From Squalus acanthias (lineage: Eukaryota), in the NCBI GenBank assembly GCA_030390025.1, contig CM059432.1, forward strand, positions 153,884,001-153,948,000: DNA of 64,000 nucleotides. Direction: 5' to 3'. Shown one piece after another: positions 27,200-44,192 of the stretch (the first letter of the stretch is position 1; each line of letters opens with the position of its first letter). The notes below the pieces were generated by a model, which was not told the origin of the DNA, made no database searches, and saw nothing but the letters and a program-made list of their open reading frames with translations. The position numbers and the translations under genes are program-made.

Positions 27200-28330
27200 C
27201 GTTGAAAATGAGCTGCACTTCGAAGTGGAAATGATGAACAAGCCAAACGAAAGAAAAGTATGGAAAAATGCTGAACCCAGGAGCATTTCTAAAGAGATCT
27301 GCATTTCAAGGGATAATTCCAAGGGATAAAAATGCTAACAAACTTTTTCTTGTATGAAGACTTCAGTCACAACACTGCTACCACCAACCTGACAAAGTCA
27401 GGAAGGCCAGAACAAAGCAAATTATACAATGTGAGAATAGGGAAAGTCACACCAACCTCAACATCCAGCATAACCTTAAATAGATCAAAATAACAGAAAT
27501 GAACTGCACAGAGTCTGCAGGGAGAAAGGCGAGGTAAGCACCAGGATGAATATAGGAATCTTCAAAAATATGTTAGAGAGAAAAGAGGAACCTGAAGAGC
27601 ATAGCTGCAGATGTTCAACAAAACAGCAAGAAATCCTCGCAGCATAACAGTAAAAGGACTGTTGGAAAAAAGGTAAGAATCTTAAAGAACACGAACAAGA
27701 TAAACTGAGGACAAGCACAAAATAGTCAATATATTCCATTATTACTTCTTTCAAGTATTCACTAGAGAATTCACTAAAAATGTCCTCCATTATTGGATAT
27801 AGTCCAGGTAGGCTTAATGACTGACCAACAGGTAGGATGAGACCTGTGAAGTGCTGACATCATCCTGAGAGTTGATGAATGCTGGGACAATTCCACTAAA
27901 TTAGGAGTAAGCTAATGAGTCCCCATATTCAAAAAGTAAATGTGATAAAACAGAGCAAGGCAACTACAACCTTACATCAATAATAACTGAAAAAAGTTAT
28001 CAGACGCAAACATGAGGATTACCTGTATGATAACCTAGTAAACTGGAGCCATCATGGCTTCAGAAGGACAAAATCCTGCCTACCAACCTCCTTTTAAGAA
28101 AGTGACATCCCAAGTGGACTGTGGAAAGCCTTATGGCGTGGTGTACCTAGACTTCCAGAGAGTCTCGACAAAGTTCTTCATGAAAGACTGCTACGCAAGC
28201 TTAAAGTGGTGGGATTCAGGATAAAACCTGGAAATGAATAAGAAATTGGCTGAAGGAAAGCAAGCAGCAGGTACTTGTTAGGAGAGCGATACAGGGGCAG
28301 GGATTTCACTCAAGTCTGCGGAGGCACCCA
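27200..28330 (+). mobile_element. Old, highly decayed CR1-like fragment
   Basis: Residual RT motifs at about 28040-28260 (CATGGCTTCAGAAGG..TCCTGCCTACCAACCTC, VVYLDFQR..DKV). Confidence 0.55.
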
Positions 28331-28774
28331 AGGACCTATAAAATAAGTTACATAAGATTATGATCTTTTAGGATCAGTGTCCCAATTTGGACAGTGGAAT
28401 AGCCTACTGTATTTAGACAAATACTGACACATTAGAACGACTCCAAAAATTGCCAAATTGTGCCCTGCAACACAACATGCTGCAGAAAGTAAGAAATGGG
28501 AAGGCACAGCAGATTTCTGTAGTTTGATGATGTCTGAAGTGAGTCTAGCTCCACCAGCTCCTGGATTGCTATAATTTGCTTAGTTCTCACCTTCCTCTAT
28601 GTACTATAAAAATGTTATGTTCCTGTACATTGTGGGTTGTGGAAGCCTGACAAGTAGCATCTTGCATCAGAATCAAAACATGTTTTTATATACACAATTG
28701 TTTGAAATTAACAAATGAATCAGAAATGAAAGATCTCCAATTTATAAGCAATTACAATTTACAAGCATTTCTCA

Positions 28775-30880
<2,106 letters not shown>

Positions 30881-31107
30881 CCACACAGTATCCAAAGAGT
30901 TTCTCGTGCTGTGGCCTGGTATCTAAGCATGCATATTTGAAACCTACCATACATAGCCAGTGTCCTAGACAAAGCACATGTGTGGGGAAATAGGAGACAA
31001 CTTTTCATTTATAAAAATCAAAAGCTAAGCCTGCAAAGTAATTTGCTGCTGCATTGCGATTGCACCAATCCATTTTATAGTCCAGCACGAGACTTTTACT
31101 GCATTCA

Positions 31108-31458
<351 letters not shown>

Positions 31459-33304
31459 TCAAAAGGAACAAGCTATTTTCGCAGAGACAAATTGAGAATT
31501 GGTGAGCAAACATGCGATGTGTACATACACACACTGCCCTAAATGTAATCGTACCCCATAAAACACAAATACTGTTTTGCAAAGTTTATTTACTTTTCTT
31601 TTGCTGAAGTCAATTCTTTTCCTCCTGATTTTTTCCTCTACTTCACCAACATTCTTTGGTATATCTAGCGTACAGTAGCCAAGTGGCTATGGCCCTGGAC
31701 TAGCAACCCAGAGGTTGTGAGTTCTAATCCCACCATGGTGAGTTGTAAAACTGAATCCAATAAATCTGTTTATTTGTGGGCTGGCACCAGATAAAATGAC
31801 GATGGAAGCTGCCCGATTGTCGTAAAAATCCAACTGGTCCACCAATGTGCTTCAGGGAAGGGAATCTGCCTCAACTACTGAGGCCTACTTATGACTCCAG
31901 TCCCACGATATATGATTGATTCTCAATTACCTCAGGTCAACTAGGGATGGACACAAAATGCTGCCTTGCCAGTAGTGCCAAAATCCTAAAAACAATTTTT
32001 TAAAAATCAACCAAATAACAGGCATCATGATTTGGCATATCTACACGTGAAGATAGCAAAGAATAAAGTTGTATACTTATAATTACCCTACCAAGACCGA
32101 AGGAGTGAGCCTTTGGCTTAGCAGTAGCATTCCCACCGGGGGGGGAAGGGGTCGAACCCCACTCCAGACAGCCCCAGCAAGTGGAGACCAGAATATGGTG
32201 TCAAAAAACTGGGTTGTACATGTCTAGACGGAGTGACCACAGGCTCAGTGGTAGTATTCCCACCTCCGAGTCAGAAGGGTTGGATTCGGGCCCCATTCCA
32301 GACAGCCCTGGCAAGCAAAGACTGGAGCTCTGGCTCCAAATACTGGGTTGACATCCAACGGGGGTGCTTGCATCCAATGTGTGGGGCTCTTTGGCCTTGG
32401 TTGCAGCCCACCTAGGAGAGGTTATTCCGAGATAAAAAAACCAGTGAGGAAGGCAACAGGAAACCACCTCAGCTACTCTTCCTTAGTAAGCGGCTCAAGA
32501 ATTGTGTGAGACTTGAGTTAGGACCTGCCCTAGAGCAGAACACAACACAACAGACAGATTGATCAATTCAAGAGTGACATTTTTTAGGGATGGTTTACAT
32601 TAATTTACAAGAAACGATTGGGTCTACCAGCAAATTAATTTTGCTCTAGTTATATAAATAAAAAATATTTTTTCAGTGGAAGCAGCAAGTTACTGTACCA
32701 TGGATAAAATTGCAGCAATATTACCTCCTAAGGCAAATCAAACCCATTCCCTTTCAGCAAAAATTGGTATACTGAGTCCGGTCTTTGGTCACAGATCTTA
32801 AAATCAGGATCAAACCAACTGAGGCAGTTGGTTGGGTGACACCAAGACACCCAATCGTTTCTTGTAAATTAAATGTAAACCATTACTAAAAATGTCAGTC
32901 TTGGTCCATCCGTCTGTTGTGTTTTCCGCTAGGGCATGTCCTAACTCAAGTCTCAAAGCAAGTAACAGAGTGATAAGAAATAGCACTGCCAAGTTGAATA
33001 AAAGCTTAGCAACATTGGCTAAAATAAAGTTAATTCACAGATTTATATTACAACACCATTAGGTTGTGGTACTGAACACAACCAATGGATAAAGAACAAA
33101 AGTTTATATGGAACGGAGAGTTAAACTTCTGACAATAGTTGAAAAGAACTAAAGGCATGACAATGGGCTGAATAATGTTATATACAACATCCTGAGGAGA
33201 GGGGAGAGAAATCATCTAATTAAGTTGGCTATGCACAACACAAAGCTCTTAAAGTGCCCTACAATTACTTTCTACATCCCTCGACTTTAAAAAAAAATTT
33301 TTTT

Positions 33305-33850
33305 TATTCGTTTATGAGATCAGGGCGTCGCTGACAATGCCAGCATTTATTACCCATCCCTAGTTACCCTCGAGAAGGTGGTGGTGAGCCGCCTTCTTGA
33401 ACCGCTGCAGTCAGTGCGGTGATGGTACTCCCACAGTGCCGTTAGGTAGGGAGTTCCAGGATTTTGACCCAGCGACGATGAAGGATCGGCGATATACTTC
33501 AAAGTCAGGATGGTGTGTGACTTGGAGGGGAACGTGGAGGTGGTGGTGTTCCCGTGCACCTGCTGCCCTTGTCCTTCTAGGTGGAAGAGGTCGTGGGTTT
33601 GGGAAGTGCTGCCGAAGAAGCCTTGGCGAGTTGCTGCAGTGCATCTTGTAGATAGTACACACTGCAGCCACGGTACGCCAGTGGTGGTGGAGGGAGTGAA
33701 TGTTTTAGGTGGTGGATGGGGTGCCAATCAAGTGGGCTGCTTTGTCCTGGATGGTGTCGAGCTTCTTGAGTGTTGTTGGAGCCGCACTCATCCAGGCAAG
33801 TGGAGAGTATTCCATCACACTCCTTACTTGTGCCTTGTAGATGGTGGACT
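33305..33850 (-). mobile_element. 3' end of a second LINE family (CR1/L2 group)
   Basis: C-terminal ORF ..RSFIVAGSKSWNSLPN; the same family is on + at 42215-42447 and 44195-44345. Confidence 0.8.
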
Positions 33851-34719
33851 GTCAGGCGCTATATGCTCCTATTTGTATCGTGCAGGTTTAAAGAATTAAG
33901 AAAAGACTGAATTACTTTTAAAGGACACACAGCAACAGGAAAGGAATATACAAAAAACTAAAAATCAGAAATTGGAGAAAAAACAAGGAAGTGAAACAGA
34001 AGAAATGCCCTCAAAACTCTAATCTGCCTCTCACCGGGATAGATATGCAAACTCATCACATACGAGTCTGAGTAAAAATGCAAAACATCACTCATAAGTA
34101 TATTGAAAACACGCACAACTAATGCAGTAAAAATCATATACAAGCCTATTGGATTCCTGCCTTTAAATCTTCTAAATATAGATAGGCTTGTAAAACAGTG
34201 TAACTTAACACTAGTGTCATTTATAGAACACGTACAAACATGGTGTAATATCGGCAGTCCCACAACTGTACCGTGGAGTTGCAGGGCATTGGTTCACACC
34301 CTCTAACTCTAACATAGCAAGTTCCAGGTCTTGGCCACATCAGTGAGATGCTTGCCACTTCTTCTAAGGAAATAGACGAAAAGCAGGACCTGTCTTTCAA
34401 CATGTACCACTTTTGCACAATTTGCCTGCTGCAGTGAACTCGGAATAAGGTTGCATGATGCCCTCTCGACGATGTATGGGAAGACCCGAGTGGAGGAATG
34501 ACCATGGGGAGACACAGCTGCAGGTGCTGGCAGAGGGGACAGTGCAATGCTGAAGCTTGTAACATTCAAGGGCAGCCTACTTATGACTAACTGGTCATCC
34601 TCAGAATACTATGCAGCAAGGGGTACCTAAAGTAGGATGGAGTGCAAGAGAATATTACTTTTACAACCAGAAAACCAAACAAAAACGCCCTAACTGATCT
34701 TTATACATACACAATAAAA

Positions 34720-34880
34720 TGAAAAGCAAAATTCTGCAGATGCTGGAAATCTGAAATAAAAACAGAAATTGCTGGAAACACTCAGCAGGTCAGGCATCAT
34801 CTGTGGAGAGAAAGGTAGGGTTAACGTTCCACATCGATGACAAAAGGTCAGTGACCTGAAATATTATCCCTACTTTCTTC
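34720..34880. mobile_element. Degenerate Penelope-type pLTR remnant (partial fold-back) near the exon 4 donor
   Basis: GATGCTGGAAATCTGAAATAAAAACAGAAA...CTCAGCAGGTCAGGC, plus decayed GATGACAAAAGGTCAGTGACCTGAAA. Confidence 0.55.
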
Positions 34881-34954
34881 CTTTATACGAACACTAAGTT
34901 TTAGCTCAATTTAAAGTTTCACTGAACAAACCACTGCAAGGAACAATGTTTTAC

Positions 34955-35094
34955 CTGCATCTTTATCTTTAGCTTTGTAAACTTGTCCGTAAGTTCCTTC
35001 CCCAATTATTCCAATGATGTCAAATTTGTCTACACAGCGTTTACCCCAGTCTATTTCTGTTACTTCTGTCTCACCATGTCGAGGACCACAGATT
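34955..35094 (-). CDS. CDK13: CDK13 exon 4 (140 nt; start of kinase domain, Gly-rich loop)
   Basis: [46 protein letters not shown]; TTCCAG acceptor, G|GTAAAA donor. Confidence 0.96.
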
Positions 35095-37864
35095 CTGGAA
35101 ATAAAACATCTCAGTTACAAACTTCAACATAATCATCAGCTACCGAGCAGACAATCGGGGTTAACACCAGTCAAATGGAAGTAATGCTGCAAGTCAGAAC
35201 CGTTAAAACCAATTAGCGGAGTGATATAGAACCATAGTTTAAATAACTTATCTGGTCATTTGACACCACTCAGCATCTCTCCCAGTCTGACACCGACTCC
35301 TGTGGGTTACCTCTAAGTACACCACTTCCCCTAGGTGTCTCTTTCTCGCTCACTTCAATTCCATCTCTTTCTCTCACTTCTGCCACATTCCAGTTCATTT
35401 CTGTCTTTCCTTCACTTCGACTTCACTACTAATTTTCTATTTCCCTTTCTTTTGTCCTCTCTGCAACTGTTGAGAACGAGAGGCAGCAGTATCAGGTCTC
35501 GAGTTAGAGGCAACAGCAGATGATGACTCACACGGCAGGTGGAAGAAACAGATGCATCAGTATGCAAGTGGCTGGGCAGGCAAATTGGAGGTGACCACCA
35601 CTTCTGAGGCATGATGGGAAGCAATGCAAGCAATGATGCTATATGTTGGGGGCAAAGGTGCTGAAGTCCTCAGGCTCAGTCATTGAGAGCCTGGATTCGT
35701 CCAAGATAGGCTACACTTCTACTCCTACACCCAATGCAGAGCGGTGGGCGAGATAATGAAAAGCACTCGCTTGTTTAAAAACAAACAGTAGAAATAGCTG
35801 ATCTTCCAGTGGGTTTGTGGGAATTTATATGAAAAAGAAAATCCATGGACAGCGTTACCAGCTTTGTTAAGAGTGTACTGGAATGATTTCAGCTCCTGCT
35901 TCCAGCAGCACCGCTCTCCTCCTTCAGCATTGTGGATTCCCGACTGAAAGTGACAGCAGTGCTGCTGTCATTAGCAGCATGTCAATCCAGTACACTCCTG
36001 CTAACAAAGCAGGCGGGTGCCCGATTCCTTTTTAATTGCCAGAAACGGATCAGCAGATCAGCTGTTTCTCGCAGGAGTGATCAAAACACAGACTTCTATA
36101 GGTCAGGCAAGATCAGAAAGTGGGTCACATTTGGACCTACGGTTGGACTCCCCAGCTCAAGGTAATATGCAATCTGGCCAAGGGGATCGGTTGAGCCGCC
36201 ATCCTTTTGATTTGTCAAGTACCTTCCCCTTACTGATTTTCAAAATGCTCTATGATAATCACCGATATCCCTCATACCTTATTTAACTTGTTTTAATATT
36301 TTCTTATATTCCTACCAAAGATCTTCTGCTACATCAGATGTAGGATTGCTCATATATTGGCTGCAACATCTCCGGAGCAAAAATATTTCCCACACTGAAA
36401 TACCTCTGACAGATTATTGCCTCAAACTTGTCTATTCCATATACATCATTTAGGAGATTGGGCTATAGTTTTAAAAATATTTTATAATTTCAAAGAATCT
36501 TGACCATGTTTCATCAAACCCAGCCATGTGAGGGTTAGGGTTAACTTTAAAGTGGAAATATGGCTTCAGAACAGGACATGAACATGGCGCACACTCACCA
36601 AGTAATCATACTGACAGAGGACTGAAACGTACTGGGAGTGTGGAAGTGATTTGTGGGGGTGTTTCACAATCAAATGTGGAAAGATGCTGTGTAGAGTTCA
36701 TGGAACTTTGGAGTAGCTAAAAAAATTCCCAGACTAGTAAAGTAGAAGTGTGAGGGAGTAGACATGCGAGATGACTTATGGTAAAATGCCAAAATAATTG
36801 AAGTGAAGAGAGGATTCCCATTACTGTAACTATCACTCAACTTGTTCGATATAATCATTGACTATAAAAGTGAGAGAGAAACAACAAGGGCTGCAAGTCT
36901 GAAGATGCAAGTGCGTGCCAGGATTTGGAATATACCAATTATATTCCTATTTTTACTGGATTCTTGGTTGCTACCATCATGATGGCTAATAGTGAAGGAA
37001 AGCAGTGGGGTCATCATAAGCTTCCCAAAAGCAAAATTTTACTCATGGTTTAAGGAAGGACGAGAAGGATGACTGAAGACTGGAGAATGTGGACACCAAA
37101 GGGGAGAGAATGCTGAACAAATGGGGTGCGAGACAAGTAAAGAGACGGATTGCTCCAGCTGGAAATATTCCCAGCAGGCAACACAACCCACTCTGGAAGA
37201 GCAGAGGCAGAGAGAAAGTCCTGTACATCTTGGCATAAACATTTGAATCTAATAGGTACCATACTTGCACTTTCTATTTCACCACTTAAATGCAATATGG
37301 AGTATTTATTACATGCCAAGGCATCTGTTCAGAGGTCCAATAAATAACTGAACCCATATATAATGGGTGCATTTAGACAAAATGTCCAATATCTGTGAAT
37401 TGAATCCTGCAGATTTGACATCTAAAGGATAAAATCCTTGTAATTTGTTGGTGAGCAAAGTCCAACCCTTGCGCTCCATCTCAATGGTAACTGTGTCAAT
37501 TTATGTGGCCATATCATGAGGCAAACGCATGCCAAAAGCAAGGTTTAAGCAAGTTGGGCAAAAGATTGATTGGATTTTAGTCTACGTAAAACTCTCGTGT
37601 GTGTAGGTGAAGGTGCATTAAATTGCACCATCCAAAACTCCAAGAGTGTGATTTGCCCATCTTCAGTGAGGATTCCAGGGATATAGAATGAAAGGTAAAG
37701 GACATGAGATATATGTGACTGAATGGTACGAGTTATTCTTGAGTGATGACTTATGCTTCATAGTACAGCGGTATTCTGCGGTACATACACAAACAAAAGA
37801 GCTGGGATATGGAGTATGGAGTCCTTGGTAGTTCCTTAATAATTCTTGATCTAGTTTTTGCAGC

Positions 37865-38765
37865 TAGACATAAGAAATAGGAGCAGGAGTCGGCCATTCG
37901 AGCCTGCTCCGCCATTCAATGAGATCATGGCTGATCTTCTGCCTCAACTCCATTCACCGGCCCCATCGTCATATCCCTTGATGCCTTTACTAGTCAGAAA
38001 TCTATCAACTTCTGTTTTGAATATACCCAATGACTGAGCCTCCACAGCCCTCTGGGGTAGAGAATTCCAAAGGTTCACCACCCTCTGAGTGAAGAAATTT
38101 CTTCTCATCTCAGTCCTGAATGGCCTACCCTTTATCCTGAGGCTGTTGCCCCTGGTTCTAGACTCCCCAGCCAAGGGAAACATTCTCCCGGCATCCACCC
38201 CATCAAGCTCTGTAATAATTTTGTATGCTTCAATGAGATCCCCTCTCCTTCTTCTGAATTCAAAACAATACAGGCCTAGTTTACTCAATCTCTTCTCATA
38301 CGACAGTCCCGCCATCCCAGGAATCCATCTCGTGAACCTTCGTTGCACTCCCTCTATGGCAAGTATATCCTTCCTTAGGTAAGGAGACCAAAATTGTACA
38401 CAGTACTCCAGGTGTGGTCTCACCAAGGCCCTATATAATTGGAGTAAGACTTCTTTACTCCTGTACTCAAATCCTCTTGTAATGAAGGCCAGCATACCAT
38501 TTGCCTTCCTGATGGCTTGCTGCACCTGCACACTCACTTTCAGTGACTCATGTACAAGGACACCCAGGTCCCTTTGAGCATCTACATTCCCCAATCTTTC
38601 ACCATTTAGGAAATACTCTGCCTTTCTGTTTTTCCTACCAAAGTGGATAACTTCACATTTATCCACATTATATTCCATCTGCCATGTTCTCGCCCACTCA
38701 CTGAGCCTGTCGAGATCCCCTTGAAGCCTCTTCACATCCTCGTCGTAACTGACACTGACACCCAG
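37865..38765 (-). mobile_element. Relatively young 5'-truncated CR1 with an uninterrupted C-terminal ORF2 (about 270 aa) and 3' UTR
   Basis: ORF 37944-38777 has no stops: LQGDLDRLSEWARTWQMEYN...WNSLPQRAVEA. Confidence 0.92.
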
Positions 38766-39478
38766 TGAGGCCATCAACTCAAAGCCTTAGCTCTCGGAAA
38801 AATTCATATGGATAACCAAGAATGGAAATTTCACTGCAGTATAAAAATTCAACATGTCTATTATCATTGCTTCACTGAAACCAGAGTGACAGAACTGCAA
38901 CTATATTCGCTCCTTTACTAGGATTCCATCCTTTGTTCATTTTTTACACACACACACACAAATGTGATGTCTGCAAGTGTGACCTATACACTACATTTTT
39001 TTTAAAAAGTAAAATATTTGTATAGCAAAGGTCTTGTGTATAGTGTGCACATCCTGCAAGTACCACACCTACTTCCTGTCACTGTGCCAGTTACATTTAA
39101 TTGTTAACATCTCTACGGTTATTAAACAGCACATCTTCCAACTCAGTGGGCAATGCCATAGGAATTCCACCAGTATATGCAAAGAAAGGTACTTCCAAAA
39201 AATCAATTTTCCCAAATGCAATTTTTCAGTTTAATTTACTGACAGCACTACAATGAACATATAAAGCAAAAACAAGAAACTGGCCTCGTGCCTCAGAATG
39301 CAAAAGAAAAGTGCAAATCTCAAAATAGCACGTAAAAGACCCGTCTTACCCAAATTTCTAGGGCATTTTCAGTGTTCATTTTCCTTTATACATAGATGCC
39401 ACACCAAGAATGCCTGGAATGATCTACCATAACGTAGAAAAGGCTGATCTTTAGCACCAAACAAATATTTTCACTCAC

Positions 39479-39652
39479 TTGGGTCGCTTTTTAATCTGTG
39501 ACTGAACAGGTGCTTTCTTCTCTTCAGGAGTTTTAGGTGAAGGTAAATCAGATCCTGGAAGTTCAGGTGGCAATGGAAGGTCGGTTAGTAAGTGCCGAGG
39601 CTTTCGTTCAGGGTCCTTCTTTACTGCCTTTGTTACAAGACCATCTTTTGGA
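39479..39652 (-). CDS. CDK13: CDK13 exon 3 (174 nt)
   Basis: Acceptor TTACAG, ...LLTDLPLPPELPG...KKRP, donor AA|GTGAGT. Confidence 0.93.
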
Positions 39653-40419
39653 CTGTAAATAGAAAATATATAGATTTAAGACCGAACCGAATTTCATTAC
39701 CAGTTTTTTTTCTGGCAATCAAATGAACCCTAGAAGACTGAAGGTCAACAGACTCATTACAACCACATAGGGGCATTCAAAAACTTCTTCCCCTCTACAC
39801 TGACCCATTACTGTATCAGTTACAACACCTGCTTTGCACCATTGTGGTCATAAATTCAACTCAGTGCTGTCAGGCATTAGCCAACATGAATTTTGTTTGT
39901 TTTCGGTTTGTGTGTCAAGGTAAAATCTCCTTCGGTCAAAAAAGCACAAATCGCTGGAAATAGATGGGAAAAGAGTAGGCACAGCTGAAGGGTAGCACAA
40001 CACTAGACATGACCGTGGTCTCCAGAAAGTGAATGATCAGTTGTCCTATAAATGGTAATGTAAAAGTATAATAGTTCCAAAACTAGCCCATCAGCTATGA
40101 TTTCTGGTTCATACTGGTTTGCAAGTAATGCTGTATTAAACATTATCCCCCACACCCTTTGACCTACCATTGGTGGTCATGCCTCGAGTCGCCTAGGCTC
40201 CACACCCTTAAATTCCCTCACTAAACCCCTCGCTTTCCTCCTTTAAGACCCACATTAAAACCAACATTGCCCAACCTTTTGGTTACCCCTCCTAATATCT
40301 CCTTCTTTGGCTTGGCACCCATTTTTGTCCGATTACACCTCTGAAACATTGTTGGACTTTTATTTTTACATTGAAGTAGCTATGTAAATGCATGTTGTTG
40401 TTGCTATTATTTTTCTTCT

Positions 40420-41590
40420 GGGAGGGCTGAGAAGTTCATTAAGCCTGTCAAAATGTCAGGCAAATAGCCTAATAAAACCAGGAGGAGATGGTCACTGAAG
40501 TGATGGTGAAGTGGTGAGTTGGAGTTGATCAAAAATATATGGCACTGCTCTGAGTTTGCAGATTTTTCCCAAAATTTTACCATTAAGATAGCCATCGACT
40601 TCTGTATGAAGCAGAAGTTGCTGGTGTTACGATCCCATCTTTTCACATGGCATAAGACCCATGAGTTCAGTGGTCGAGTTTTTATACGGTTCACAACCTT
40701 GACAGCAGCAGTTAGTACATCTGACAGCTATTTTGGTATTGCTTTTGCAGCTAATACCTCCCTGTATACAGTGTATGCAATAGTACTGCCACGCACAGCG
40801 TGGTGGAAATGATTTCACCCGAGCAGCAAATCCACCATTCCATCCAGTCACGTCTTTTACCACATCCATGCAAATCTCGACACAACAATTCCACTTAGTG
40901 TTTTTATCTTTCACATACTGGCCTAAAATTCTGAACACCTGCTCAGCAGTAGTGAGACAAAATGGCAAAATTAAAAGTCCTCTTTGATCTCAGGTGAGCT
41001 GAAGTATCAAACGAAAACCATAATTCGTGCTGCACTGGTACAGTCAGTACTGTTGTCAATTTGTAGCCTGAAAAAATGGACTTAGCCTCACTGCTTTGAC
41101 TAGCTGCTCCTGCTCTATCAGCAATACTGAGGCTAATCGTATTGTCAGACAGTAGGATAAGACTTAGCTGGTCAGTAACTATCCTTCCACATACCATTTC
41201 AGTCACTACTGGCAGTATAAGACTTTCACCAATCGTATGAGATGTTCCACTTCTTGCTATTTGGTGCATACAATACATTAAGTAGCACTGAGTTCTTTTG
41301 ATTACCTTCTTCTGTCCTTTCAATTGAAAGGGCTTTTGTTTGAAAAAAATATCGTAGTTTATCTTGGAGGGCTGGATGTTTGTTCTCCAAAAGACATTTT
41401 AGTTTGCTTGGTTTCATACTATGCCGAGCAAGAACTTCAGCACAAACAACACACGGCAATCAAGGATTTTTGTCAGACCCAGTTAATATGAATACCCCAG
41501 TCCATGTAGAAAGGATATTTCCTACTCTTCTTTTGCCCGGCTCTACTTCTCCAGGATCAACATCCTCAACTTTATGCTTCAACTAACACT
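40420..41590 (-). mobile_element. Fossil hAT (Charlie/Buster; ZBED5/SCAND3-like) transposase fragment, frameshifted
   Basis: PCVVCAEVLARHSMKPSKLKCLLENKHP (BED-type Zn finger), HTIGESLILP, LSDNTISLSIAD and WNCCVEICMD..TG..GF.ARVK spread across three overlapping minus-strand ORFs. Confidence 0.85.
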
Positions 41591-42449
41591 CCATTAATTT
41601 ATAATTACCAAATACCAAAACGTCACACTCACGTCAGTTATATAGCAATCAATATTAACATTTTTACTTAGTAGCTTCCTTAATCTAAACATGGTGAAAT
41701 GTTTTAATTTTTTTTTTAAAGAGGAAATATGAACTAGTAAATTTGAATTAAAATATTAAATTTTTTCCCTGCAACCAGTTACATGACTAACCACTTGATT
41801 ATCTCCCCAAAATTATTAAACTCTGCCCTGCCCAGTTAATTTCTGGCATTACTTTGGGATTCTTTGTATACAGCTGGGTTTTAATATAAAGCCCACTAAT
41901 ATCATTATTGAAATATGAAACACAAAATGTAGCAAATACTTCATTTTTTTTTACAAATCACTCCACTCTACTTCAGCATTTCCTCCAGCCCTACATCCCA
42001 GCTTGTACTTCAGCTCTTTTGAGTCTGGTGGCACAACCTTCACCCACCATCATGGACCTAATTCTTTGACCCCCTGTAATTCTCCAAAACCCTATTTGGT
42101 GCCCATATCGCACCACCCACTTCTTAAAGTGCCTTGGGACATTTTAGTGTATTAAAAGGAGGTTGCACAATCTGTTCTCAAGTATGAGCAATCCAGATTT
42201 TACGTAGTTCCTCTTCAACATCCTGGGGGATGCAATTGATCAGAAACTTAACTGGACCAGCCACATAAATGCCATGGCTACTAGAGCAGGTCAGGAGGCT
42301 GGGTATCTTGCGGAGAGTGGCTCACCCACCAACTCCCCAAAGCCTCTCCACCATATACAAGGCACAAGTCAGGTGTGTGATGGAATACACTCAATTTGCC
42401 TGGATGGTGCAGCTGCAACAATCAAGCAGCTCAACATCATCCATCATGC

Positions 42450-44192
42450 AAAGTGACTAAGGTTGGGAACTAAATATTCCCGGATACTTGTCTTTTAGAA
42501 GAGATAAGACAAACAGAAAAGGAGTGGTGGGGGTAGCCCTGATAATAAAAGGATGGGACAAAGACAGTAGAAAGAAAGGATCTAGCTCAGAAAATCAAGT
42601 AGAAGAATCAGTTTGGGTGGAGCTAAAAAAACAAGGGCAGAAAACACTGGTGGGAGTAGTTTATAGGCCCCCTAGCATTAGTTGTAATGTCGGGCAGAGT
42701 ATAAATCAGGAAATTAGAGGTGCATGTAACAAGGGTAATACAGTAACCGTGGGGGACTTTAACCTTCACCTAGACCGGGCAAACCAAATTTGCAGTAGTA
42801 GTGTGGAAGACGAGTTCATGGAATGTATTCACGGTAGTTTTCTAGATCAGTATGTCGAGGAACCAACTAGGGAACAGGCTATTTTAGATCTAACATTGTG
42901 CAATGAGAAAGGGTTAATTAATAACTTTGTAGTAAAGGAGCCTCTAGGGAAGAGTGATCATAACATGATAGAATGTTATATTGAGTTTGAAAGTGATTTA
43001 GTTAAGTCCGAAACTAAGGTCTTAAATCTGAACAAAGCAAACTACATAGGTATGAGGGGTGAGTTGGCTAAGACAGAGTGGGAAACTAGATTAAAAATAT
43101 AATGGTAGAAAAGCAATGGTAAACACTTAAAAAAAAAAATTAATTCATAATTCGCAACGAATACACATTCCCCAAAAGTACAGAAACCCCACGGGATTAG
43201 TAGTACAACCATAGCTAACAAGAGAAGTTAAAGATAGTATTAGATTAAAGGAAGAGGCTTATAATGTTTCCAAAAAGTATAGTAACCCTGAGGATTGGGA
43301 GGATTTTAAAATTAAGCAAAGGATGACCAAGAAATTGTTAAAGAAAGGGAAAAGTGAATGGGAGTAAATTAGCAACAGACATAAAAACAGATTGTAAAAG
43401 CTTCTATAGATATGGAAAAAGGAAGAGATTAGTGAATGGGTCCCTTACAGACAGAGACGGGAGAAATTATAATTGGGAATAAGGAAATGGCAGAGACATT
43501 AAACAAATACTTTGTATCTGTCTTCACGGTAGAAAACACAAATAACATTCTGGAAATAGTGGAGAACCAAGGGTCTAGCGAGAATGAGGAATTTAAAGAA
43601 ATTACTATTAGTAAACAAATTGTACTGGAGAAGTTGATGGGACTATAAGTCGACACATCCCCTGGGCCTGAAGACCTACATCCAAGGGTTTTAAAAGAGG
43701 TAGCTACAGAGATAGTGGATGCATTGGTTTTGATCTTCCAGAATTCCCGAGATTTATAACCCTGCTATTCAAGAAAGAAGGAAAAGAGAAAACAGGGAAC
43801 CATAGACCAGTTAGCCTGACATCGGTAGTAGGGACAATGCGAGAATCTATTATTAGGGACATGGTAACAGGGTACTTAGAAAATCATAATATGATTGGGC
43901 AGAGGCAACATAGATTTATGAAAGGGAAATCATGTTTGACAAATCTGTTATCTACCCTCAAAAAAGCTAGGGGGAACCAGTGGATGTAATGTATTGGATT
44001 TTCAAAAGCATTCAATAAGGTGCCACACAAGAGGTTATAACACAAAATTAGGGCTCATGGGATTGGGGGTAATATATTAGCATGGATTGAGGATTCATTA
44101 ACGGACAGAAAGAGAGTAGGAATAAAAAGGTCAGTTTCAAGTTGGCAGGCTGTAACCGAATGGCCTACTCCGGCTCCTATTTCTTATGTTCT
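42450..44192 (+). mobile_element. Internally deleted CR1 (APE endonuclease and part of RT fused to the 3' tail), inserted in another LINE
   Basis: VGVVYRPP, VGDFN, EPTREQAILDL and SDHN endonuclease motifs; RT sequence jumps to the CR1 tail at about 44157; host LINE continues on both sides. Confidence 0.85.

Noticed and set aside
40407-41590. Domesticated ZBED/SCAND3-like gene nested in intron 2
   Set aside because: Several frameshifts and stops and a truncated catalytic region make it a transposon fossil.
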